A stretch of DNA of 64,000 bases from a virus. Lineage: Duplodnaviria; Heunggongvirae; Uroviricota; Caudoviricetes. Position 1 is the stretch's first letter; each line of letters begins with the position of its first letter. The stretch is from the IMG/VR virus record IMGVR_UViG_3300029996_000255; one strand, given 5' to 3'. The translations under genes were made by a program, and so were the position numbers. Of this stretch, positions 1 through 9,636 are shown one piece after another. Below the pieces are notes generated by a model. That model was not told the origin of the DNA. It searched no databases and saw only the letters and a program-made list of their open reading frames with translations.

Positions 1-471
1 TATGAGGCAGTTCTTACATTTTTAGGACAGCAATCAGCAAGAAAGGCAATGACTGTTGCTGATACATATAGGGCAGGTGTAAAGGCAAACATAAGAGAAT
101 ATATAGATTTTAAAAATTTATTTGAATCTTATAATATTCAGATTGTGACAGATGATGACAAGCTAGAAAACCCAATAGGTAAAGTCACACCATCAAGAAC
201 ATTGTTGAGAATGGTAAGAAATAATACAGATATATTAGAACTTACAATTAAGACAATTAAAGCCCTTAATTGGACAGGAAGTGAAAAGAATGCATTTACA
301 CTTAGAACATTCCATATATTCAAGAAACTGTTTGCAAATTACGAAAATAATACAGTTATTGAGGGACTTCTTATGAATTGTAAGGGAGCTTCATATTTTG
401 AAAATAAGATTGCACCTGTTAAGAGTAATGCTGAAATGTATGATATTTTAGCGAAAGCAATTACAGCTTAA
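1..471 (+). CDS. hypothetical protein; reading frame is open from the window edge, so possibly 5'-partial (first ATG at 49)
   Basis: ORF track 49..471; frame 1 has no stop from nt 1. Confidence 0.45.
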   Translation, partial: YEAVLTFLGQQSARKAMTVADTYRAGVKANIREYIDFKNLFESYNIQIVTDDDKLENPIGKVTPSRTLLRMVRNNTDILELTIKTIKALNWTGSEKNAFTLRTFHIFKKLFANYENNTVIEGLLMNCKGASYFENKIAPVKSNAEMYDILAKAITA

Positions 472-544
472 CGAGAATAATCATATATAAAGCTGTGATA
501 ACGGCTATACGGTCACATTATAATAAGGAAAGGATTGAATCAAT

Positions 545-1009
545 ATGAAATGGATAACAATTTTACGGAATGACAAATATGCTTTGTTACAAAGCGAAAG
601 CGATACACAGTATGCGGTTGTTAGTGGATATGATCCAACACAACCTGAAAATCAGCAATGGGTGAATGGAAATTATTTCTCTTATGGATTGTTTGGTAAA
701 AATGTAGAATTAAAAACACTATACCTTGCAAACGCCTTAGACTGTTTTAGGCAAAAGGTAGAAGAGAATTTTATCCCACGTTGCAGGCTTGAAGAACTTG
801 CAACATTCTTTGCGGATAGACTTATCTCTGACGACAGAGAAAGTGCAATGGAATATTTTGATGAATATTGCGAGATGTCAGAGGAAGAGAAATCTTTCTT
901 TGGTATTGAAGAAGATTCACCTATTGCAAATACAAAATTTGAGAATCCTATGTATAACAAGGGTTACGATGACGGATTTGCAGATGGAGCAAACAGCATA
1001 GAAGAGTAA
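545..1009 (+). CDS. hypothetical protein (154 aa, acidic C-terminus)
   Basis: ORF track; GGAAAGGA upstream; tight + strand packing. Confidence 0.55.
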   Translation: MKWITILRNDKYALLQSESDTQYAVVSGYDPTQPENQQWVNGNYFSYGLFGKNVELKTLYLANALDCFRQKVEENFIPRCRLEELATFFADRLISDDRESAMEYFDEYCEMSEEEKSFFGIEEDSPIANTKFENPMYNKGYDDGFADGANSIEE

Positions 1010-1044
1010 ATGGATATTTCATAGTGAAAGGTAGGTAAAAAAGA

Positions 1045-1395
1045 ATGGATAAATTAAGAGTATGGTGGATTCCACAAGCAGGTGCAACAGAGAATTCATT
1101 TTATGTTCCTGTAGAAACAGTTGAAGAAGGCAAAAAAGTAATGGATATGTTAGCAGCATATGATGCATATCAAAGACAGAATAGAATTAAGCCTGATTAT
1201 TGTAATTGCGGTGGAATTCAGAGATGGGATGAAGACTCTCAGGACTGGGAAGATTGGCATATGGAAACAGAAGATGGCTACTTTGATGATGTGGATGATT
1301 ATTGTGAGCAGTGTGAAAAGGCAGATAAACTTGAAGAGTTTAGAAATGAATTGTTTAAACAGATTGATTGGGAAAAGATAATGGAAATGTCTTAA
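1045..1395 (+). CDS. hypothetical acidic protein with CxC...CxxC motif
   Basis: ORF track; RBS AAAGGTAGG. Confidence 0.55.
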   Translation: MDKLRVWWIPQAGATENSFYVPVETVEEGKKVMDMLAAYDAYQRQNRIKPDYCNCGGIQRWDEDSQDWEDWHMETEDGYFDDVDDYCEQCEKADKLEEFRNELFKQIDWEKIMEMS

Positions 1396-1428
1396 TAAAT
1401 GCATGTTTTTTGGATTGGAGGTATTTAT

Positions 1429-1677
1429 ATGAAAACATATTTTGATAAAAAAACAGATGAAATAAAAAGTTATTGGTATAAGAGATGTGAAAAACTTCTT
1501 AAAAAGTGCGAGAAGTTAGAAAGTGAAGCAGACAAACTTAATGAAAAGGCAGAAGAGCATCTTTCTAATGGCAATGAGTTAGAATGGGAAGAAGCCATAA
1601 AAGAAGCCATTGAAAAAGAGAACTATGCTTTAGGTATTAAAGAAGCGTTAAAAGAACTTGGATTCTTTTTAGAGTAA
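1429..1677 (+). CDS. hypothetical coiled-coil protein (start refined to MKTYFDKK)
   Basis: GGAGGT RBS 8 nt upstream of ATG 1429. Confidence 0.5.
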   Translation: MKTYFDKKTDEIKSYWYKRCEKLLKKCEKLESEADKLNEKAEEHLSNGNELEWEEAIKEAIEKENYALGIKEALKELGFFLE

Positions 1678-1708
1678 ATGCGTGATTCATTAGAAAGGAG
1701 AAATAAAA

Positions 1709-1921
1709 ATGGCAAGAACAAATTTTGATATTATTAGAGGTTTAATGATTGCAGATAATACTCTTGACTCTTGGATTTGTGAAACAGAAGCAGAAGAGAA
1801 AAGAAATTTGACAGCAGAAGAAGAGAATACATATATTCAGAATACTGTGGATATATGCAAAGAGATAATGCAGGATTTGTCTTGTAGTTTAGTAGAAGCA
1901 TATAAAGAGATTTCGGAGTAA
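1709..1921 (+). CDS. hypothetical protein
   Basis: ORF track; AAAGGAGA RBS. Confidence 0.5.
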   Translation: MARTNFDIIRGLMIADNTLDSWICETEAEEKRNLTAEEENTYIQNTVDICKEIMQDLSCSLVEAYKEISE

Positions 1922-1954
1922 ATAAATGTGTGATTTTTTGTAGGAGGTGTCGAT

Positions 1955-2152
1955 TTGAAAAGACAGAATGTTAATAGAAAAAATAATATGATGGAAACAA
2001 GAATTAATGGAATTAACGAATTTGCAAAGGAAACAGCAAGTAATCTTCTTAAAAAATATCCAGATATTGATTTTTACGATTTGATGTTTCAATTTGAAAT
2101 GCAATTCAGACATGAATACTTGAAGGCTATGTTAAAAGAAACAACAGACTAA
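1955..2152 (+). CDS. hypothetical protein
   Basis: ORF track; TAGGAGGTG RBS. Confidence 0.45.
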   Translation: MKRQNVNRKNNMMETRINGINEFAKETASNLLKKYPDIDFYDLMFQFEMQFRHEYLKAMLKETTD

Positions 2153-2188
2153 ATTCGTGTTTCATTAGAAAGGTAAAAGGTAAATATT

Positions 2189-2476
2189 ATGATTAAATTT
2201 TATAATGAATGTATTGATAGTGCTGATTGGATAGAAGAAATTACTGGTTATAGACCTGTTGACAATGTTATTACTTTAGAAAAACTCGATGAAATTGCAA
2301 AAAATCTTCAGTTAAATGGTGGACTTGATAATGAACTTCCTAATCATTGGGATTATTATCCTTTAAGTGAAATTCCTAATCTTGTGCATAATGAAGATTA
2401 TGATAGAAGCGAATTTACACTTGTAAGATTTGAAGATATATACGGTGGTTATAAATACAGAGTATGTAAAATTTAA
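2189..2476 (+). CDS. hypothetical protein
   Basis: ORF track; RBS. Confidence 0.5.
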   Translation: MIKFYNECIDSADWIEEITGYRPVDNVITLEKLDEIAKNLQLNGGLDNELPNHWDYYPLSEIPNLVHNEDYDRSEFTLVRFEDIYGGYKYRVCKI

Positions 2477-2487
2477 GGAGATAAAAA

Positions 2488-2823
2488 ATGATTGGAAATA
2501 GATATGAATTAAAGCAAAATGAAAAGGAACTTCTTGAAATCGAAAAAAATTTAGCTGAATATTTAAAAGTTCCATTCGTAAAATGTAGTTATGATAGTGT
2601 GAATAGTCATAAATACAAAGACAAACACGAAATAGAATATAGAAAGAAAGAAGCAAGAGAAACTGGATTATGGGATATGTGCGATTTCATAATCAACTAT
2701 GAAAAATATAAGACAAAAGAAGATTACGAAGCAAATGATGGTGGTTATGATGGAGAAGTGTATGAGTTACTTTATCTCAAAGGTAACGGAAACTACATTG
2801 TAATTACTGGATGTGCAGAGTAA
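2488..2823 (+). CDS. hypothetical protein
   Basis: ORF track; AAGGAGA RBS. Confidence 0.5.
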   Translation: MIGNRYELKQNEKELLEIEKNLAEYLKVPFVKCSYDSVNSHKYKDKHEIEYRKKEARETGLWDMCDFIINYEKYKTKEDYEANDGGYDGEVYELLYLKGNGNYIVITGCAE

Positions 2824-2859
2824 ATTCGCATTTACTAGAAAAAATGGAGGGAAAAAATA

Positions 2860-3102
2860 ATGAATGAGGAAATGAATAGAATAAAAGATTATTTTAAAGA
2901 ACATAGATGTGTTTTTTTAGCTAAACAATGCAAGCAAGAATATATTGTATATTCTTATTTTTTGAATTATGACGGCACAGCTATAGTTAGGTTGAATAAG
3001 CAGCATTTTAAAAATAGAGATTTAGAAAGTGGAAAAAGCAAAAGAAAAAAATTAAAATTCCTATCAAAAAATTCTTTGATGATACAATTTATGATTTGTT
3101 AA
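2860..3102 (+). CDS. hypothetical basic protein
   Basis: ORF track; TGGAGGG RBS. Confidence 0.45.
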   Translation: MNEEMNRIKDYFKEHRCVFLAKQCKQEYIVYSYFLNYDGTAIVRLNKQHFKNRDLESGKSKRKKLKFLSKNSLMIQFMIC

Positions 3103-3166
3103 TTCGTGGTTATAAATTGGAAGATTGGACTTGAAACTAAGATTTCTTAGGAAGGAGTGAAGGGAA

Positions 3167-3358
3167 ATGGCAAAATATACATGTAGCAAGACAAAGGATG
3201 AAATTCTTGAAATTATTGCAGAGGAATTTAGAAAAGTAAATAAGGATTATGATGATGCAATGCAGAACGACAATGATAAACTCAAAGAACGGAATCAGGG
3301 TAGATATGTAGCAATGTTTGATTTGTTACATAAGTTAGAAATTTATGAAAAGGAGTGA
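3167..3358 (+). CDS. hypothetical protein
   Basis: ORF track; AGGAGTGAAGGG RBS. Confidence 0.5.
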   Translation: MAKYTCSKTKDEILEIIAEEFRKVNKDYDDAMQNDNDKLKERNQGRYVAMFDLLHKLEIYEKE

Positions 3359-3364
3359 AGCGAA

Positions 3365-3580
3365 ATGACAACTATTGAAAAGTCAAAAGAGGATGCACGG
3401 AACTTAAATGAACTCACGGATCATCTGATTAAGCTGCTTGAATCGGATGACAAGCGGTTCTCATTTGAATTTTGTGCAGGTGGCACAATGGAGATTTACG
3501 ACAAAGAAAAAGAAATCGGTTATGCAGTTCACATTGCACCGATTGAATATGATGAGAACGGAAAAGCAATAAATTTATAG
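3365..3580 (+). CDS. hypothetical protein
   Basis: ORF track; AAGGAGTGAAG RBS. Confidence 0.5.
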   Translation: MTTIEKSKEDARNLNELTDHLIKLLESDDKRFSFEFCAGGTMEIYDKEKEIGYAVHIAPIEYDENGKAINL

Positions 3581-3587
3581 TAACCGC

Positions 3588-3632
3588 AAGGCAGTTAGGA
3601 GAATAATCTACTAGCTGCCTATTTTATTACAA
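3588..3632 (+). terminator. putative intrinsic terminator (7-bp stem AAGGCAG/CTGCCTT followed by a T-rich run)
   Basis: inverted repeat read directly, followed by ATTTTATT. Confidence 0.4.
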
Positions 3633-3650
3633 GAAAGCGAGGTTGATTTT

Positions 3651-5279
3651 ATGAGTACCTATTATGAATATCAGGATGTAGGCGTAATGATGGCACATAA
3701 GCTTATGGCAATGGACGGATGGGAAGTGTTCGGATATCATGCAGACCATAGCGACATGATGACAGATTATTATGATCCTGCTTATTGGGGTGGAATTGCT
3801 ACAAAGAATGGATATATATTAGTTGTAAATTGGAGCAGAGATGCAAAGCCAGAAGAAATACGCAAATATAATTATGATGGAATACTTCAGGATAGAAGTA
3901 TTTCAGAAAAGATTGCAAAGCTTGAACAGATGACAATGGAAAGAGGAGCAAGTGAACAGGAAGAAGAATCAGCAAAGAAAATGATTGAGAAGTTACGGAG
4001 TAAGGCAAACGAAACTTCTGAAAAATATATTGTAACTGGTATTATTCCTGGACATATGGCAAACCCACCTAGAATGAATTGGCATATTGAAAAAGATGGT
4101 GTCTATGTAGCGAAAGGAAATGGAATTTTAAAGTTCGCTCATATTGATAACTATTATAGATATGAAGGCTACATGAAAGATATGCAGAATTTCAGAACTA
4201 TGAAGCGAGAAGAATATAAAAAATCTTTGATAACAACCTATATGGGTAGATGGAATGATGATGAAGAAAGTGCAGCACGACAGGCAGACAGTCATATTGA
4301 ATCAATGGAAAAAGATAAGGCACTTATGGATCAGTTCGAGGCATTTATCAATAAAATTGATACTACTTGTGGTGGAATGCTTGGAGAAGGAGATGGAGTT
4401 GTATATGAGAAGGTAAAAGTTACTGAATATAAAAAGGAAAACAAAGCTGTTGAAACAGAAAACGGATGTGTCAAAGATGGTCAGTGCTTTATCTTAAAAA
4501 CATCATTCAATTATGGCAGAAATAAGGGATATGTTTACAGAATTAAAGCAACTGTGTATGAGGATGGAAAAACTTCTTATCATGCATATAAACTTAATGG
4601 AAAACTTACAAAAGAATGTACAGGAAATGCAAATCAGGCTAATCACTGGTTTATTGGTACTATGACCGATGGATTTATGAAGTGGGTAAATAAAGGTGCT
4701 ATTGCATGGTGTGAAATTCAGGAAGTTAAAACACCTTATGAGGTTGAAAAGGTTGTAAAGAAAGTTATCAAGTCTAATACAAATAAGACAGAAACAAAGG
4801 CGACTGAAACTGATGTGGACGTAAATAAATATACCTACGAAGTAACAGAAGATACAGACACACGAACAGGAGAAAAGATATATCTTGCAAAGGTAATTGA
4901 GAAATTAAGCCGTGAAGAATATATCAAGGTAAATCAGTATATCAAATCTCTTGGAGGCTATTATAGTAAGTTCAAACATGCTTTCTTATTCAAAGAGAAT
5001 CCATGTGAAAAATTAAATGTAACTATTAAAGAGACAGAGAATAATACAGTGGACGATGCAACAGAACGTACAGAAACACAAATCACATACACTGTAACAG
5101 AAGATGTACACACCAAGACAGGTGAAAAGCTATTTGTAGTAAAGCCTGATACAGAATTATCAAAATCAGACTTTGCAGATGTAAAGCGAAAGCTGGCAAC
5201 ATTACAGGGATTTTACAGTAGCTTTAAGAAGGGATTTATATTCAAATATGATCCAACTGAAAAACTTAGTACAGTATAA
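3651..5279 (+). CDS. large hypothetical protein (542 aa) with two C-terminal tandem ~60-aa repeats (TGEK[IL]..K...LS..[DE][FY]..VK..L..L.G[FY]YS.FK.[AG]F[LI]FK..P.EKL)
   Basis: ORF track; GCGAGGTTGA RBS; internal repeat read from the translation. Confidence 0.7.
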   Translation: MSTYYEYQDVGVMMAHKLMAMDGWEVFGYHADHSDMMTDYYDPAYWGGIATKNGYILVVNWSRDAKPEEIRKYNYDGILQDRSISEKIAKLEQMTMERGASEQEEESAKKMIEKLRSKANETSEKYIVTGIIPGHMANPPRMNWHIEKDGVYVAKGNGILKFAHIDNYYRYEGYMKDMQNFRTMKREEYKKSLITTYMGRWNDDEESAARQADSHIESMEKDKALMDQFEAFINKIDTTCGGMLGEGDGVVYEKVKVTEYKKENKAVETENGCVKDGQCFILKTSFNYGRNKGYVYRIKATVYEDGKTSYHAYKLNGKLTKECTGNANQANHWFIGTMTDGFMKWVNKGAIAWCEIQEVKTPYEVEKVVKKVIKSNTNKTETKATETDVDVNKYTYEVTEDTDTRTGEKIYLAKVIEKLSREEYIKVNQYIKSLGGYYSKFKHAFLFKENPCEKLNVTIKETENNTVDDATERTETQITYTVTEDVHTKTGEKLFVVKPDTELSKSDFADVKRKLATLQGFYSSFKKGFIFKYDPTEKLSTV

Positions 5280-5283
5280 AACA

Positions 5284-5312
5284 AAGGTGGTTGAAATATA
5301 CCACCTTTTATA
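5284..5312 (+). terminator. intrinsic terminator (stem AAGGTGG / CCACCTT plus TTTTAT)
   Basis: hairpin plus T-run immediately after the 3651..5279 stop. Confidence 0.55.
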
Positions 5313-5322
5313 GTGAAAGGAA

Positions 5323-5529
5323 ATGGTAAATATGGTAATTGGAAATTATGAATATGGAATTAGTTATCTTCCAGATAATTGTATGGCTTATAAAGATGGT
5401 TATAGATATGGTGCATATAAAGAAAATATTAATGACAAAAATGATGCACATATAACAGAATGGTTCAAAACAAAAGATGAGATACAAAAATTCGTAAATC
5501 AACATAGAGAATATGGAAAAGAGGTATAG
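5323..5529 (+). CDS. hypothetical protein
   Basis: ORF track; AAAGGAAATGG RBS. Confidence 0.45.
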   Translation: MVNMVIGNYEYGISYLPDNCMAYKDGYRYGAYKENINDKNDAHITEWFKTKDEIQKFVNQHREYGKEV

Positions 5530-5532
5530 ATT

Positions 5533-7167
5533 ATGTTTACAGATAACAAAGATTTCTACCCAACGCCACAAAATCTTATAGATAAAATGCTTGATGGATT
5601 GGATTGGAAAATGATACATACAGTTCTTGAACCATCAGCAGGTAAGGGAAATATTGTTGAAGCATTAAAGAAAAAGGAAGATTTTAATAACAGATGGTAC
5701 ACAACAATCAAGTTAAATATTGACTGTATAGAGAATGACGTAAACTTACGAGCAGTATTAAAGGAAAAGAATTTCAGAGTTGTACATGATGATTTTTTGA
5801 CATACGACACAATGAAGGAATATGACTTAATTATTATGAATCCTCCGTTCTCAAATGGATGTAAACATCTGTTAAAAGCATTGGAAATGCAACAGAGAAA
5901 TGGCGGTGCTGTTATTTGTCTACTTAACGCAGAGACATTAAAAAATGAATGCAACAATGAAAGAATAATGCTGAATAGAATGTTAGAAGAATACAATGCA
6001 GACATTCAGTATATTCAGGATGCTTTTATGGATGCAGAGAGAAAAACAAACGTTGAAATTGCATTGATAAAAGTAAAACTTCCAGATGTACAGAGAGATT
6101 CTTTTATCTTTGATAGCTTAGAGAAAGCCAAGGAACAGAGAGAATATACATATAACACAGAAAACACGCAGCTTGCAGAAAATGATTTTTTAAAGGCAAT
6201 AGTCGAACAGTATAAAATGGAAGTTGAAGCAGGCGTGAAACTCATTAAAGAGTATTATGCAATGTCACCACATATCCTATATCAGTTTGGAAAAGACAAG
6301 CAGACAGGACAGACAATACAGACTGGCGGTTGCGTGTTAAATCTTAGTATTGGAAAAGATAGTGCATCAGTAAACGGATATATAAGAGAAATTCGTGGTA
6401 AATATTGGTCAGCATTATTTGATAATCCGAAGTTCATTGGTCAGCTCACAAATAATTTGCAGAGAGAATACTATAACAAGGTCGAAGAATTAAAAGACTA
6501 TGAATTTTCGCTGCACAATATATACGAACTGAAAATTGATATGAGCAAGAAAATCATAAAGGGAATTGAAGATACAATTATTTCACTCTTTGAAGAACTG
6601 AGTAATAAATATTCCTATTATGATGAATGCAGTAAGAACATTCATTATTTTAATGGATGGAAAACAAATAAAGCATGGATTATAAATAAAAAAGTAATCA
6701 TTCCATTAAGAGGATGGAGAGATTTGGAATATTCATGGGGTGGATTTAAACCAACCGATCACGATGTAGTAAGCAAATTAAGAGATATTGAAAAGTGCTT
6801 CAATTATCTTGATGGCGGCTTGACAGAAGCAGTTGATTTATTCCAGTCACTAGAATTTGCTGAAGAATATGGAGAGTCAAAAGATATTGTATTGAAGTAT
6901 TTCAATGTAACTTTTTATAAGAAGGGAACTTGCCACATTACATTTACAAATGAAGAGTTATTGAAAAAGTTCAATATATTTGGAGCACAACATAAAGGAT
7001 GGCTGCCACCTTCATATGGAAAGAAAAAATATTCTGATATGACATTAGAAGAAAAAGCAGTTGTAAATGACTTTGAAGGTGAAGTTGAATACAACAAGGT
7101 AATGTGCAACACAAGTTATTATCTGGCAGACACAAACAGTATGTTGATGTTGGATATGGCAGAATAG
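5533..7167 (+). CDS. N6-adenine DNA methyltransferase. The N-terminal domain has the AdoMet-binding motif LEPSAGKGN and catalytic motif IV, IIMNPPFS; a ~340-aa C-terminal extension is a putative target-recognition region
   Basis: motifs I and IV read from the translation; motif order I then IV (gamma-like). Confidence 0.7.
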   Translation: MFTDNKDFYPTPQNLIDKMLDGLDWKMIHTVLEPSAGKGNIVEALKKKEDFNNRWYTTIKLNIDCIENDVNLRAVLKEKNFRVVHDDFLTYDTMKEYDLIIMNPPFSNGCKHLLKALEMQQRNGGAVICLLNAETLKNECNNERIMLNRMLEEYNADIQYIQDAFMDAERKTNVEIALIKVKLPDVQRDSFIFDSLEKAKEQREYTYNTENTQLAENDFLKAIVEQYKMEVEAGVKLIKEYYAMSPHILYQFGKDKQTGQTIQTGGCVLNLSIGKDSASVNGYIREIRGKYWSALFDNPKFIGQLTNNLQREYYNKVEELKDYEFSLHNIYELKIDMSKKIIKGIEDTIISLFEELSNKYSYYDECSKNIHYFNGWKTNKAWIINKKVIIPLRGWRDLEYSWGGFKPTDHDVVSKLRDIEKCFNYLDGGLTEAVDLFQSLEFAEEYGESKDIVLKYFNVTFYKKGTCHITFTNEELLKKFNIFGAQHKGWLPPSYGKKKYSDMTLEEKAVVNDFEGEVEYNKVMCNTSYYLADTNSMLMLDMAE

Positions 7168-7176
7168 GAGGTCATA

Positions 7177-7443
7177 ATGGAAATTCACAAAACTACAGAT
7201 TATTTTAACATTACGAAAGAAGAAGCAGGTAAGATTCGTAACGGACATGATACACGAGAAGAAGCAGAAGTGTTAGATTCTGGGCTTGAGCATTATTTCT
7301 TTGAAACTTTAGAAGGTCTTACGAAGGAATATAATTCTAAAGAACGTAAGGAATATATCAAGAAAAAGGGTTATGACGTAATCTTGTTTGAATTTGTAGC
7401 AGACAATAGTAATCATAATAAATATTGCATGGTCTTTAGATAG
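7177..7443 (+). CDS. hypothetical protein
   Basis: ORF track; AGGAGGTCATA RBS. Confidence 0.5.
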   Translation: MEIHKTTDYFNITKEEAGKIRNGHDTREEAEVLDSGLEHYFFETLEGLTKEYNSKERKEYIKKKGYDVILFEFVADNSNHNKYCMVFR

Positions 7444-7455
7444 GAGCGTGATTAT

Positions 7456-7629
7456 ATGGCATATTACAGTAGTCCACGAAAGTATGAAAACGCAACAGGT
7501 AAAAGATTTACAACAAATTGTAGTTGTATTCATGTAACAGGTAGTGTTAGAGGTATGGTAAAGTTAGGATTTTGGAGTAAATATAGCGACAAGGTAAGAC
7601 ATGGAAACTGGATTTATCAGCAACCATAG
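7456..7629 (+). CDS. small hypothetical protein (57 aa, absent from the ORF track)
   Basis: TAGGAGCGTGA RBS upstream of ATG 7456; fills the gap. Confidence 0.35.
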   Translation: MAYYSSPRKYENATGKRFTTNCSCIHVTGSVRGMVKLGFWSKYSDKVRHGNWIYQQP

Positions 7630-7642
7630 AAAGGATGATTAT

Positions 7643-7918
7643 ATGGCACAACAAATATATTACTTGCATAGCTGCAATGAATGGAAAGAATATTCTAGTA
7701 TGAGTCTTTTATTCATTGGCACATCACAACAGAAGTTAAAGATGAAAATCTCGAAAGAGATTGAAGAAGGCAATATGGAATATTATGATGGCGACTTATC
7801 TCAAAAAGAGCAAGCTAAAAAGTTTCGCAAAGACTGGAAAACTGAAACAAGAGCTACAATTAATTCAAGATTAACATATGGAGATTTTGATTATACATAT
7901 AATAATGAAGAAATGTAA
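7643..7918 (+). CDS. hypothetical protein (start refined to MAQQIYY)
   Basis: GAAAGGATGA RBS before ATG 7643; track ORF 7601..7918. Confidence 0.5.
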   Translation: MAQQIYYLHSCNEWKEYSSMSLLFIGTSQQKLKMKISKEIEEGNMEYYDGDLSQKEQAKKFRKDWKTETRATINSRLTYGDFDYTYNNEEM

Positions 7919-7956
7919 TCAAAGGAAATTGTAATTTCCAAAGGAGAGTGATTAAA

Positions 7957-8250
7957 GTGAAAATAATAAAATGTTATGAAGATTATACAGAATTATGCAA
8001 AGCATTAAAGTCAAAACAATACAATTTAACGAATGATAGCATCGGTCAGTACAATACAGATGAATACAGCGTAGATATTACATTAAGAGATTATGATGGA
8101 AATTGGTGTATTGATTATGATGTGTACAAGCCAAATGGAAATCCAAACTATCTTGACGGTGGTAAGGTATGTGATGTATCTAAAATGCCATTGACCGACA
8201 AAGGATTTTGGAAATTGATTAAAAAGAAATTTGAAAAGCATATAAAATAA
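7957..8250 (+). CDS. hypothetical protein
   Basis: AAAGGAGAG RBS; GTG start. Confidence 0.5.
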   Translation: MKIIKCYEDYTELCKALKSKQYNLTNDSIGQYNTDEYSVDITLRDYDGNWCIDYDVYKPNGNPNYLDGGKVCDVSKMPLTDKGFWKLIKKKFEKHIK

Positions 8251-8264
8251 GGAAGGTGAATGAT

Positions 8265-8810
8265 ATGAAAATTGTAACAGTGAGAATTGAAGATAACTTT
8301 TGTAAAATTAACGAGGTTACAAAACTCGAAAATGTTAAACAGGAAGTAATTGAAAATATTTCTAACAAAATAGATGAGTTGCAGGAAGAAGGTTTTTTGC
8401 AAATTTTAGCTTACGTGAAATGTGCATATGAAGATTATGCCAGTATTGTAGGAAAAAGAAGATACGTTGATGATGGTACTGGCTGGCATGTAAATTTATT
8501 AGATGTATCAAATGTATCAAGAAGTATTAGAATATGTGCAAGGGATGATAGTGTGTTCATTGATTTCAATTATAATGGTTTACCAATCGAACAGCCACCT
8601 AGAATGAGAGCAAAATTTAAAGATAACAATATTATAATTACAGATTCTACAAGACAAGGTATTTGCGATTTAATGAATAAATGGGGAGATATGAAACAAA
8701 AAATTCAAGAAAGGATAGATGCTGTATATAAACAAAAAACAGCAGAAATAAAATCTGATATAAGCAATCTGGAACATCTTTTAAAAGTTGCAGAAAATTT
8801 TAAAGCATAA
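8265..8810 (+). CDS. hypothetical protein (182 aa)
   Basis: AAGGAAGGTGA RBS; ATG 8265. Confidence 0.55.
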   Translation: MKIVTVRIEDNFCKINEVTKLENVKQEVIENISNKIDELQEEGFLQILAYVKCAYEDYASIVGKRRYVDDGTGWHVNLLDVSNVSRSIRICARDDSVFIDFNYNGLPIEQPPRMRAKFKDNNIIITDSTRQGICDLMNKWGDMKQKIQERIDAVYKQKTAEIKSDISNLEHLLKVAENFKA

Positions 8811-8825
8811 TACAGAGAATAATAA

Positions 8826-8858
8826 GGCAGATGCAAATTATTGTGTCTGCCTTTTGTA
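8826..8858 (+). terminator. intrinsic terminator (stem AGGCAGA/TCTGCCT followed by TTTTGT)
   Basis: hairpin plus T-run after the 8810 stop. Confidence 0.5.
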
Positions 8859-8876
8859 ATGGAAGGAGAATTTAGA

Positions 8877-9113
8877 ATGAAGTTAATAGCAAAGACAATT
8901 AAAGGAAAAGAGTTTTTTCATTCACGGAAAGATGCAGCTTTCGCACCTGAATCAAGTGCAAATAAAATATGCAGAATAATGAATGATGAACGATTCAGAT
9001 TAAACAATGAAAACGAAGTATGGCATGTATATGATTATGATTTTACGATGGAAGATTATGTGCTGTATAGATTATGTATCTATAAAGGAATTGTAAAAAT
9101 GAAATTTTTGTAA
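8877..9113 (+). CDS. hypothetical protein
   Basis: GGAAGGAGAA RBS; ATG 8877. Confidence 0.5.
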   Translation: MKLIAKTIKGKEFFHSRKDAAFAPESSANKICRIMNDERFRLNNENEVWHVYDYDFTMEDYVLYRLCIYKGIVKMKFL

Positions 9114-9130
9114 TTGGAGGAGAAAGCGAA

Positions 9131-9322
9131 ATGAAAATACCAAAAGACAATTGGAGAAAATTTGCACGTAGAATCGTTGAAAAGGGGAATAGGATATCTG
9201 TTAAAGACGCAAAGGAATGTGGTATTCCTACAGTATATTTTATAGAAATATGTATGAGAGGATTGTCGGAAGAACAGCTCATAAAAAATGCAAAAACATT
9301 ATTAGAAAGGCTAGGTGAATAA
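9131..9322 (+). CDS. hypothetical protein
   Basis: TTGGAGGAGAAAG RBS. Confidence 0.5.
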   Translation: MKIPKDNWRKFARRIVEKGNRISVKDAKECGIPTVYFIEICMRGLSEEQLIKNAKTLLERLGE

Positions 9323-9323
9323 A

Positions 9324-9635
9324 ATGATTGAATTAAAAGACTTATTAGAAGATGGAGAAGTAATTGTACGGTATCATTTATGTAATGAATATTGGTCACG
9401 GAATGCAATCACAGTAAAAGGAAGTGATGATATTTCTGGTGCATTAGAAATGACATTACATAGAATACTTGAAGCTGGTGGAACAGAAAATGATGTAAAG
9501 AGAATTATGGGTGCTGAAATTCCAACAGAAGATGAACTAAAAGAACTTGAAGAGTTTGATGAATTTAGCTGGATAGATTTAGGTTATGTATTACCTGGTT
9601 TAATTGATTTATGGGAAGAAAGCGAGGTTGATTGA
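9324..9635 (+). CDS. hypothetical acidic protein
   Basis: AGGTGA RBS; ATG 9324. Confidence 0.5.
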   Translation: MIELKDLLEDGEVIVRYHLCNEYWSRNAITVKGSDDISGALEMTLHRILEAGGTENDVKRIMGAEIPTEDELKELEEFDEFSWIDLGYVLPGLIDLWEESEVD

Positions 9636-9636
9636 T

